This document shows, piece after piece, positions 40,951-49,721 of a stretch of 64,000 nucleotides of DNA. The stretch is from an uncultured bacterium (lineage in GTDB: Bacteria; Chloroflexota; UBA5177; JANWHV01), in the NCBI GenBank assembly GCA_963827235.1, contig CAWHAE010000009.1:896001-960000 (forward strand), given 5' to 3'. The notes beneath the pieces are model-generated. The model searched no databases and was not told the origin of the DNA. It saw only the letters and a list, made by a program, of their open reading frames with translations. Both the position numbers and the translations under genes were made by a program. Each line of letters begins with the position of its first letter. Within the stretch, counting starts at the first letter, position 1.

Positions 40951-40988
40951 CGAGAGCGGGAAGCATGAGCTTCCCGCTCTCGCTATTT
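40951..40988 (+). terminator. Intrinsic terminator hairpin
   Basis: CGAGAGCGGGAAGC-ATGA-GCTTCCCGCTCTCG (14-bp stem) followed by CTATTT. Confidence 0.75.
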
Positions 40989-41111
40989 CTGCGGGGCACA
41001 GGGCCGGCGATTGCGATCGCAGGGCAACAGAGCGGGTGACGGCGTTCTCGGGTGGTCGGGGGATGGGCCTAACCACCGCGGGGCATTGCGCGAGGAGAAA
41101 GGACGCTGAGC

Positions 41112-41876
41112 GTGGATCGGGCGTACCCGGCACTGGATTGGCGGGACGTGGCCGAGCGCCGCTCCGGGTCGCGCATCGGCGGCACCGTGCTGTACGCGGC
41201 CGAGGTCGATTCCACCAACGCGGTGGCCGCGGCGCGCCTGCCTTCGTGCGGCGACGGCGCCGTGGTGGTGGCGGATTACCAGACCGCCGGGCGGGGCCGG
41301 CTTGGCCGCCGGTGGTTGGCCGCCCCCGGTAGCAGCCTTCTGTTTACCGTGGCTCTGGAGAGGTGCGAGCCGCGCTGGGCCATTCCCATGTCCGCCGGGC
41401 TGGCGCTGGCGGACGCGCTTCGCCTCTCCGGCGTGGAGGCACGGCTCAAGTGGCCGAACGACGTGCTAATCGAGAACCGCAAGTGCGCGGGCGTGCTGAT
41501 CGACGGCCGGATGATCGGCAGCGCCCAATGGCTGCTGCTCGGCATCGGGCTCAACGTGCGATCGGCGGATCCCTCGCTGCCGGCGGCAACTTTCGTGGAC
41601 GCGCATGCGCCGAAGTCCGTGGCACGGGAGGACCTGCTGGCGGATCTGCTTGCCCGGTTGGAATGGTGGCTGGATCAGACGCGGATCGATCCGGTGAGCG
41701 TGCGCGAAGCCTGGAGGGCGGAGCTGGTCACTCTGGGCCAAGACGTGACCGTGGCGACGGCGGCGGGCACGATCCGCGGCGTGGCCGACGGCATCGCCAG
41801 CGACGGTGCACTGCTTGTCCGTCGCGCCGATGGATCGCATGCCACCGTGCGCGCCGGCGACGTCATGCCCGCGTAG
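41112..41876 (+). CDS. birA: Biotin--[acetyl-CoA carboxylase] ligase (no N-terminal HTH)
   Basis: DSTN, QTAGRGRLGRRW, KWPND, KCAGVL, GIGLNV. Confidence 0.95.
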   Translation: MDRAYPALDWRDVAERRSGSRIGGTVLYAAEVDSTNAVAAARLPSCGDGAVVVADYQTAGRGRLGRRWLAAPGSSLLFTVALERCEPRWAIPMSAGLALADALRLSGVEARLKWPNDVLIENRKCAGVLIDGRMIGSAQWLLLGIGLNVRSADPSLPAATFVDAHAPKSVAREDLLADLLARLEWWLDQTRIDPVSVREAWRAELVTLGQDVTVATAAGTIRGVADGIASDGALLVRRADGSHATVRAGDVMPA

Positions 41877-41897
41877 CGCGATCGGCGGCTGCAGTAT

Positions 41898-42098
41898 CTC
41901 TAGTCAGGCCGAGGTGGAACCTGCGTAAGCGGAGTGAACTCGGCACTTGGCAGCACCCGCAGGCGGATACCCGGAGGATACCCGCAAGCGGTACCCACGA
42001 GGAATCGTCGGGCATCGAATGCGCACGCTGTCCATGTGGTTCCCAGCGTGCGCGCGGGTAGGCGACCGTGTGCAGGAACGCGGCGGCTAAGACTCGAG
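41898..42098 (+). ncRNA. Candidate structured non-coding RNA of unknown family
   Basis: Intergenic; several hairpins closed by GNRA loops (GUAA, GCAA, GGAA); 11-bp stem 42020-42054; complementary 5' and 3' ends. Confidence 0.55.
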
Positions 42099-42259
42099 TG
42101 GCCACGGCAGTGCCATCCGCGCGGTCGTCCGCGCGCGTGCCGCCTGCCGCGCGGGGCGATTTCTGTCCACTTCGCTGGCTTTTTCACCCCATTGCGGTGT
42201 GGTGTTGGCGCTGTATTTCTCATACGCTGGATACTGGCGCGTGATTGGAGGGGTTCCAC

Positions 42260-42607
42260 ATGTTCAGAGTCCTATTCGCCGGCGCGCTCGCCGTGGTAAT
42301 AGGAGCGATGCTGGATTGGATAGGCGCTCTCTGGAGCGTGGCTCAGAACGTCTACCAGCAGATCTACGGCAAGCCGATGCCGCACGCGAAGGGGAATACG
42401 CTCGACCACGTCAATGACTGGCTGGCCTTTCTGCCCACCGATCCGGGGACGCGTGCGGCGATCGTCGCCGGTACAGTCGTGGGGCTGCTGACGATCACTT
42501 TCGTGGCCAACGTCATGGGCATCGGCTACAGCAGGATACGGCGGGCCCAGCACTTCAAGGCCGAGGCGCAGGCGCGAACGATCGGCTCCTACCGCAAGGT
42601 CCGGTAA
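42260..42607 (+). CDS. Small membrane protein
   Basis: GGAGGGG RBS; two hydrophobic segments. Confidence 0.65.
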   Translation: MFRVLFAGALAVVIGAMLDWIGALWSVAQNVYQQIYGKPMPHAKGNTLDHVNDWLAFLPTDPGTRAAIVAGTVVGLLTITFVANVMGIGYSRIRRAQHFKAEAQARTIGSYRKVR

Positions 42608-42694
42608 CCCGGCGCAGCGCTTGCCGGCCCGGCGGCGCATTCTCCGTGGATAGTCCCGGAGTCCGGTGGCCGGTCCGTGTGGTAGAGTGGCTGC

Positions 42695-43702
42695 ATGGAT
42701 GCCGACGCGCCGCGGGAATCTGCTTCCGCCGTCACCTGTGACGAGGCCCTGAGCCTGTATCTCGATCACCTGACGCTGCGGGGTCGCTCGCCCGCCACGC
42801 TGCGCACCTATGCCTCGTCGATCGGCAGCTTCTTCGGCTTCCTGGCCGGGCGGGGTAACGAGCCGGCCCGCACTGCGGTCTCCGCCGTCAAGACGAGCGA
42901 CGTCTCGGCCTTCCTCCTCTCCGCCACCCGTTCGGGCCGCAAGCCGGCGACGCGCGCCGCCTACCTGACGGCGCTGACCGCCTTCTTCCGCTATCTCATT
43001 CTCAACCACCACTACCCGGGCAGTGTGGAGGAGCTCAAGGACAGACTGGGCGAGCTCACGGTCAAGCCGGCGAGAGGCCGGCCGGCGCCCGATCAGCGGC
43101 TGCCCGCCCTCCTGCGTTGCGCGGCGCAGACGAGCGACGCGGCGAAGAGCGATCGCGCCCGGCTGGTCACCGCCCGCAACCTGGCGATCCTGCACACGCT
43201 GTTTGCCTCCGGCATGCGCGTCTCGGAAGTCTCCAGCCTGTCGCGCCAAGATCTGGACTGGGAACGGAGCCAGGCCCTGATCACCGGAAAGGGCGGGAGG
43301 CAGCGCTTGGTCTTCTTCTCTCCCGAGTCTATCGTGGCCGTCAACGCCTACCTGGATCTGCGCGGCGACGACGGCTTCTCGCCGTTGTTCCTGCACCACG
43401 ACAACGCTCACACCGCGCAATTAGCACGTGAGCGGGCACGCGGCGGGGTTGGGGAGTCTCTGCGGCTCTCACCGCGCCAGATTCAGAGTGTGGTGCGGGC
43501 GCTGGCGCGGAGCGAGGGCATTCGCGCCACGCCGCACAGCTTCCGCCACTACGCGGCCACGGAGCTGTTGAACGATGCGGCAGCGGACATTCGCGACGTG
43601 CAGGAGATTCTCGGGCATGCCAGCCTGGCCACGACACAGATCTACACACACAAGAACGTGACGCGCCTAGCCGCCACGGCTGCCCGCCGATTCGCGAAGT
43701 GA
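42695..43702 (+). CDS. Tyrosine recombinase, XerC/XerD-like
   Basis: N-terminal SAM-like domain (SPATLRTY); catalytic R (GMRVSE), K (GKGG), HSFRH, LGH, Y (TQIYTH). Confidence 0.92.
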   Translation: MDADAPRESASAVTCDEALSLYLDHLTLRGRSPATLRTYASSIGSFFGFLAGRGNEPARTAVSAVKTSDVSAFLLSATRSGRKPATRAAYLTALTAFFRYLILNHHYPGSVEELKDRLGELTVKPARGRPAPDQRLPALLRCAAQTSDAAKSDRARLVTARNLAILHTLFASGMRVSEVSSLSRQDLDWERSQALITGKGGRQRLVFFSPESIVAVNAYLDLRGDDGFSPLFLHHDNAHTAQLARERARGGVGESLRLSPRQIQSVVRALARSEGIRATPHSFRHYAATELLNDAAADIRDVQEILGHASLATTQIYTHKNVTRLAATAARRFAK

Positions 43703-43854
43703 CCGGAGGCCGGCCTAGCGCCAGTTCTCCCCGGGCATAACCGGCACCCCATGCGTCTCGCGATGCCCGCCGCCTGTCGCCGGGCGGCAAAGCCTACGCG
43801 AGAGTGTGCTATCTTCTGTGCCAGAGAAGCACTTGAGTGTGGAGGGGTGCCAAC

Positions 43855-44772
43855 ATGAACGTCGCGATCATGGTGGAAGGGCAGGCGGGGCTCAACTGGT
43901 CTCGATGGCAGGCGCTCGGGCGGGCGGTAGAGCGGCTGGGTTTCTTCGGCCTCTACCGATCCGATCATTTTACCAATGCCGATCCCCCGGACCAGGATTC
44001 GCTGGAGCTGTGGGTCTCGCTGACCTGGCTGGCGGCTCACACGACGCGTATCGCCTTCGGCCCCCTCGTCTCGCCCGTATCGTTCCGCCATCCTTCGATG
44101 ACCGCGCGCATGGCGGCGGCAGTGGACGACCTCTCGGGAGGGCGCCTGCATCTCGGCCTCGGCGCAGGCTGGCAAGTGCGCGAGCACACCAACTTCGGCT
44201 ACGACCTGCTGCCTGTACCTCAGCGCATGCAGCGCTACCAGGAAGGCCTGGAGGTCGTATCGAGCCTGTTGCGAAGCGACACGCGGGTCACGTTTGCCGG
44301 AGCCTACTATACGCTGCGCGACGCGGTGCTGCTGCCGCGGCCGCAGCGGGCCGGCGGCCCGCCGATCGTGATCGGCGGTAGGCGCGGTGTGCTGCCGCTG
44401 GCGGCGCGCTATGCGTCCGAATGGAACGTGCCCTTTGCCGGTCCTGAAGAGTTCCGCAAGCTGAGCGCGCAGCTCGACACGCTGTTGGCGGATCGGGGCA
44501 GAGATCCCCGCGAGGTGCGCCGCTCGCTGATGACCGGCCTGGTGTTCGGCCGAGATGAGCCGGAGCTGGCCGCCAAGCTGAATCGCGGCGGGCGCACGCT
44601 CGAGGAGGTGCGCAGAAGCGGCGTGATTGCCGGCACGGCCTCTCCAGTTCTGGAGCAGCTCAGCGAGCTGGCAGAGGCTGGCGTGCAGACCGTGATGCTT
44701 CAGTGGATGGACCTCGACGACCTGGCCGGGCTTGAAGCCCTGGCACAGGCGATCTTGCCGCACATGGGTTAA
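43855..44772 (+). CDS. LLM class F420-dependent oxidoreductase
   Basis: RSDHF, VSPVSFRHP, DDLSGGRLHLGLGAGW, ARYASEWN. Confidence 0.92.
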   Translation: MNVAIMVEGQAGLNWSRWQALGRAVERLGFFGLYRSDHFTNADPPDQDSLELWVSLTWLAAHTTRIAFGPLVSPVSFRHPSMTARMAAAVDDLSGGRLHLGLGAGWQVREHTNFGYDLLPVPQRMQRYQEGLEVVSSLLRSDTRVTFAGAYYTLRDAVLLPRPQRAGGPPIVIGGRRGVLPLAARYASEWNVPFAGPEEFRKLSAQLDTLLADRGRDPREVRRSLMTGLVFGRDEPELAAKLNRGGRTLEEVRRSGVIAGTASPVLEQLSELAEAGVQTVMLQWMDLDDLAGLEALAQAILPHMG

Positions 44773-45254
44773 CCCCAGGAGTGTGAATCACACGCTGCTC
44801 AGCGCAGCATTACTCCGGTAGGCGGCGCGACCGGGGGCCGATCCGTGCCACGCGGTAATTGTCAAGGGGTCTTCGTCACGTATCCGCTGGGAGTGGCGAC
44901 TGTTGAACTCGATGACCATGCGTACCGGGTTTACTCCCCACTTTGGGGATTCATTCCTAGACAGAAGCGTGAGTATGATAATGATGTTGAGGCCGGGTGA
45001 GACCAGAGGTGGAAGGTTCACCGCCGGAGCAGCGATACGGGCTCTTCAGATCCTCGTACCGGGGAGGGTGCGGGTTCTGGGGGTTCGGCGGATTCGTGAT
45101 CGCTCGGCCTTCGACCGTACGAGGACGTGGCGGTGGGCGTCGAACGCCAAGTGGTAGAAAGACCCGGGGCGGCTTCGTTCGGTTTCTTGTGCACGTGCGC
45201 CGCGCCTGCATCGGCAGACGCCGGATTGCCTTGAAGGAGAATGCGTCGGTGTCC

Positions 45255-45704
45255 ATGAATGAGCACGTAGACTTCGATCGGGATGGCTACGATCCGGCTT
45301 CGGCAAACCGCGCTGCGGCCAGCGTCATCCGGCAGCTTGCAGCGCAGCTGGAGAATGCCGGCTTCAAGGCATGCACGGCACGCGCGGGCCGCACGGACGC
45401 AGCAGAGCGGGCGCGCTCGATCGACTTCGCGCTGGTGAATCTGGCCAGTGCCATGTCGGAGATGGAAGTGGCCGGTCTGGTCAATGCCCTGCGCTACGCC
45501 GCCAATGCCACCCAAGAAGAGCACGTGTGCGAGTTCTGTGGCTGCCCGACCGAGCCCTGGTCGATGTTGCTGTGCGATTCGCGTGACGACGACGACAACG
45601 GCGCCCTGATTCTGCACTCGTGGGACCAGTACGGCTACACGCTGTGCAAGAGCTGCCACATGGCAGTTCGCCAGGCGCGCTGGCAGGCATCCGCCCAGAT
45701 GTAG
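45255..45704 (+). CDS. Hypothetical protein with C-terminal CxxC...CxxC zinc-finger-like motif
   Basis: GAAGGAG RBS; CEFC and CKSC pairs. Confidence 0.65.
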   Translation: MNEHVDFDRDGYDPASANRAAASVIRQLAAQLENAGFKACTARAGRTDAAERARSIDFALVNLASAMSEMEVAGLVNALRYAANATQEEHVCEFCGCPTEPWSMLLCDSRDDDDNGALILHSWDQYGYTLCKSCHMAVRQARWQASAQM

Positions 45705-45934
45705 GCGCCGCGTGGCCGGAGGCCACGTGAGGCTGCCGGGCGCCGGTGCTCGTGAGTGACCGGCCGGCGCGGTGTTCTGGCCCTTCACCCCCAACCCGTT
45801 TGTCCCAGGTTCATGGGTATCCGTGTGACATCCCGCGGTTCACGGCGCGCTGCCGGCAACGGCCGGCCGGGCCATCGGTGTTTCCGGCTGCCCGGTGGAG
45901 CGGCCGAGCGACGCGACGTGGAAGCGATCCGTGA

Positions 45935-45970
45935 ACGAAGCGAGGGGAGCATTCGCTCCCCTCGCTTCGT
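45935..45970. terminator. Perfect 16-bp hairpin between convergent genes
   Basis: ACGAAGCGAGGGGAGC-ATTC-GCTCCCCTCGCTTCGT; no clear U-tract. Confidence 0.55.
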
Positions 45971-46027
45971 CGTGTCGCGTCAAGACGGCCGGTCCACCGG
46001 AGGCGGATCAGGCCGGCAGGCAAGCTC

Positions 46028-47183
46028 CTAGTACAGGAACATCGGCTTGCCAAGGATGTGGGAAACCTTGGCGCGATAGGTCTCGGAGTCGTAGAGCTGG
46101 TCGACGTCCACGCGACGGACACCCGTGCCGATGACATCCAAGGGAACGGTGGTGTAGACGCCTTCGCGCAGGGCAACCATCTGGCCGGTCTGGCCACGCA
46201 GAGCCAGGTCGGCGGCGATGTTGCCGTAGGTGAAGGAGACCATGCGATCGAGCGCATCCGGCGGGCCGGACCGCATCAGGTAGCCGAGAGACTGCTGCAC
46301 GATCTCCTCGCCGGTCAGCGTCTTGAGCATCTCGCCGGTGGCCATACCGATGCCGCCCAGCTTGCGATGGCCGTAAGCATCCTCGGGTCCGGTCTCGTAG
46401 ATGTCGCCGCCGATCATGGTGGCACCCTCGGAGATGGCGATGATCGCGTAGTTGCTCGGATTGCGGCGCTTGTCTTCCATGACGAGCGCGGCGACGCGCT
46501 CAGGATCGAAGGGCACCTCAGGGATCAAGGTGCGGTCGACGTCGCCGAGGTAGCCGGCGATGAGCGCGGTCTCACCGGAGTTGCGTCCGAACAGCTCGAC
46601 CACCGCGATGCGCTCGTGTGAGCCCGGTCGGCGTGCGCAGGTCGTTCATGAAGGCGATGCTGCGGCTGACGGCGGTGGAGAAGCCGATGCAGTAGTCGGT
46701 GCCGAAGACGTCGTTGTCCATGGTCTTCGGGATACCGATCGTGGGGAACTTCTCCTGATGCAGGCGCAGCGCGTAGCTCAGGGTATCGTCGCCGCCGATA
46801 GCCAGGAGGGCGCCGATTTCCAGGTGCTCGAGCACGCGCAAGACGTGATCGGTGCAGTCGGCGATGCCTTTGGGCGAGAAGGCATATTTGCCCTTGAGAA
46901 ACTCGGGTACCTTGCTCTCCGGCACCTTACCCGGGTGGGTACGGGAGCTGTGCAGGAAGGTGCCGCCGGAGCGATCGATCGTGCGCACGTCGTTGCGCGT
47001 GATGGGGCGGATCCATTCGGGCTGGGGTTCCTTCTTATCGGGGTTATAGTTCAGCAGTCCGGCCCAGCCACGCCGGACGCCATACATCTCGATCCCGGCG
47101 TCGGAGATACGGTTCACCGCCGCCTTGATCGCGGGATTCAGACCGGGAACGTCTCCGCCTCCGGTCAGGATGGCCATCTTCAT
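46028..47183 (-). CDS. pfkA: 6-phosphofructokinase family protein (frameshift near 46620)
   Basis: [22 protein letters not shown]; VELFGRNSG and LGYLMRSG in a second frame. Confidence 0.9.
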
Positions 47184-47346
47184 ATTGTGTGTGCTCCTTT
47201 ACAGACAAACGGGTGCCACCGGATACTATACGGCATTTGCAAGCTGACTCGTGTTATGCGCGAGCCACCACACAAATGATGGCCTACATCGATGTTGGCG
47301 GCAAGCGCCCGATTGGTATACTGACATCACAATCAGGCACGGCGTG

Positions 47347-47421
47347 ATGCGGTCCCACTTCGAGACGGCGAGGGACTTGCGGCCGACGCCGGGTGCATGG
47401 CGTTGTCATTGGCGGTGCTGA
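47347..47421 (+). promoter_or_regulatory. Putative leader peptide MRSHFETARDLRPTPGAWRCHWRC upstream of glyS
   Basis: Lies between an extended -10 (TGgTATACT, 47314-47322) and a terminator preceding glyS. Confidence 0.55.
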
Positions 47422-47534
47422 CTCCGCGGGGCATAGGCATCCGGAGTGATGGCAGCCCGCGGGTGCCGCGGTGCCGGGAGCCTGCAGACGCCGGCCGTGG
47501 ACGAGCTGGTAGCTTCGACCGGCACGCATTCCGT

Positions 47535-47567
47535 CCCCGGGCAGGTGACCGAGCCCGGGGCTTTTTT
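47535..47567 (+). terminator. Intrinsic terminator (attenuator) in the glyS leader
   Basis: CCCCGGGC-10nt-GCCCGGGG followed by CTTTTTT, about 30 nt before the glyS start. Confidence 0.8.
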
Positions 47568-47594
47568 CGTTATGTAGTGGATTGAAGGCCGGAG

Positions 47595-48959
47595 ATGACA
47601 GCAGAAACCACGGAGCGCGGCAGCGTGGAGCTTCCCGAAGGGACGGAGCTGCTCGAGCGGCTCATGTCGCTCTGCAAGAGACGCGGGTTCGTATACCAGA
47701 ACAGCGAGATATACGGCGGCGTGGCCGGTCTCTACGACTTTGGCCCGCTCGGGGTAGAGATGCGCCGAAACCTCAAGAACTTGTGGTGGACGTTCATGGT
47801 GCAGACTCGCGAGAACACGGTCGGCATCGAAGGCGCCATCCTGACGCATCCGCGCGTGTGGGAGGCCAGCGGCCACGTCGAGAACTTCAGCGATCCGCTC
47901 GTGGACTGCAAGTCGTGCCGGCATCGCTTCCGCTCGGACCACCTGATGGAGGCCAACGGCGGCGTCATGCCCACGAAGTGCCCGGACTGCGGCGGCGAGC
48001 TCACGGAGCCCCGCCGCTTCAACCTGCTGATGGAGACCGAGCTGGGCGTGGTCGAGGGCGAGCGCATGAGGACGTACCTGCGCGGCGAGGCCTGCCAGAA
48101 CATCTATCTCGACTGGGACAACGTGATGAAGTCCACGCGCGTGCGCATTCCCTTTGGCATCTGCCAGATCGGGAAGGCGTTTCGCAACGAAGTGACGCTC
48201 GGGCCCTTCATCATGCGCCAGCGCGAGTTCGAGCAGTGGGATCTGCAGTTCTTCGTACACCCCAGCGAGATGGAGAAGTGGTTCGCCTACTGGCAGGAAG
48301 AGCGCAGCGGATGGTGCCGAGGGCTCGTCAATCGAGCCGATCGCGTGCGCCTGCGCGAGCACTCGCCGGATGAGCTGGCTCACTATGCCAAGCGGGCGAC
48401 CGACATCGAGTACTTCGTGCCCGGCATGGGCTGGAAGGAATGGGAAGGCATCCACTGGCGTGGCGATTGGGATCTCAGCCGGCACGCGCAGTTCAGCGGC
48501 CAGGACCTGAGCTACACGGACCCGGTGAGCAACGAGCGGTACGTGCCCTGGATCGTAGAGACCTCCGGGGGCGTGGACCGCACGTTCTTCTACCTGCTGG
48601 TGGACGCCTACGACGAAGAGATTGTGAACGGCGAGAAGCGGACCGTGCTGCGGCTGCACAAGAAGGTAGCGCCGTACAAGGTGGCGGTGCTGCCGCTCTC
48701 GAAAAAGCCCGAGCTTACGGGGCCCTCGCGCGAGATCTGGCGCAGCCTGGCGGCCCTGTTCCCGACCGACTACGACGAGACCCAGGCCATCGGGCGACGC
48801 TACCGCCGGCAGGACGAGATCGGCACGCCGTACTGCGTGACGTTCGACTTCCAATCGATCGAGGATCGGGCCGTGACCATCCGGGATCGCGACAGCATGA
48901 CGCAGCGCCGGGTGCCGATCGGCGACCTCACGGCGACGCTGCTGCAAGATCTTGCCTGA
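47595..48959 (+). CDS. glyS: Glycine--tRNA ligase, alpha2 dimeric type
   Basis: KRRGF...SEIYGG, YLRGEACQ, GKAFRNE, ELAHYA, IGRRYRRQDEIGTP. Confidence 0.95.
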   Translation: MTAETTERGSVELPEGTELLERLMSLCKRRGFVYQNSEIYGGVAGLYDFGPLGVEMRRNLKNLWWTFMVQTRENTVGIEGAILTHPRVWEASGHVENFSDPLVDCKSCRHRFRSDHLMEANGGVMPTKCPDCGGELTEPRRFNLLMETELGVVEGERMRTYLRGEACQNIYLDWDNVMKSTRVRIPFGICQIGKAFRNEVTLGPFIMRQREFEQWDLQFFVHPSEMEKWFAYWQEERSGWCRGLVNRADRVRLREHSPDELAHYAKRATDIEYFVPGMGWKEWEGIHWRGDWDLSRHAQFSGQDLSYTDPVSNERYVPWIVETSGGVDRTFFYLLVDAYDEEIVNGEKRTVLRLHKKVAPYKVAVLPLSKKPELTGPSREIWRSLAALFPTDYDETQAIGRRYRRQDEIGTPYCVTFDFQSIEDRAVTIRDRDSMTQRRVPIGDLTATLLQDLA

Positions 48960-49125
48960 AGCGGTGCACCGACCGACGAGATAACAGGTTAGCGCACCCG
49001 TCACACGGCCGGCTCGAGTCGGCCGTGTGACGGGTGCGCTAACCTTGCGACCGGACGGGTCCCCAGGTCCTCGGGCAGCCTCTCGTGCACATCGGTGTTT
49101 GTCCGTCACGGCTTGGCGACCGCCG

Positions 49126-49374
49126 CTACTCCTGACCCGCTTGTCTCTCTTCCTCTGCCTCACCATCATCGCACGCGCCGCCGGCTTGAGTAGCGGGTCC
49201 GGCTTGCCACGCCGGCTCACCAGCTATTGAGCGAACGTGCCGCAGCAACGCCTCGAGGTCTGCAAACTCCACCGCGTCCCCGTGGCCGAGGTGAACCATC
49301 TGGCACCTCCATTGCAGCCCGTCGACTCCGTTGCTCCGCCAGAAGCGCAGGACATAAGCATCGTATCTGCTCAT
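49126..49374 (-). CDS. Small hypothetical protein (YxLRxW type) divergent from the SARP regulator
   Basis: AAAGGG RBS; AYVLRFWR...WRCQMVH...FADLEALL pattern; true stop may be earlier than 49126. Confidence 0.65.
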   Translation of the reverse strand: MSRYDAYVLRFWRSNGVDGLQWRCQMVHLGHGDAVEFADLEALLRHVRSIAGEPAWQAGPATQAGGACDDGEAEEERQAGQE

Positions 49375-49721
49375 CGCCCTTTTCCATCATCTCGGTGCGC
49401 GCGATTGTCCCTCCAATCACACTACTTGCCGATTCGTATATCGTCGTTGCAGATCAGGCGATTGTGCTCTCGGCAGATCTTGTGTCCGCCCGTCACGCTT
49501 GTGTAGCGCCTGGCATCCTATACACAGGCCAAGGTGGAACCGGCTAGGGCGGAGAGAGCTTCGGGCCTGGCAGCACGTGCAGGCGCGTCCCCGGAGGCTC
49601 CCCGGGACGAAACCCTGGGCATGGGGTGCACCTTCGATGCGCTCACCGCCACTGAGGGTCCCGGCGTGGCTTAACGTCTATGGATAGGGACTGCTGAGAA
49701 TCTGGCCGGGAGGCCTGCACC

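Noticed and set aside
42695-43702. Tyrosine recombinase as an integrase of a prophage or ICE
   Set aside because: XerC/D-like size and motifs; no adjacent tRNA, att-like direct repeats, or phage/conjugation genes seen
47340-47570. Gly T-box or glycine riboswitch upstream of glyS
   Set aside because: No UGGNACC T-box bulge, stem I AG/GGUG motifs or glycine aptamer consensus found
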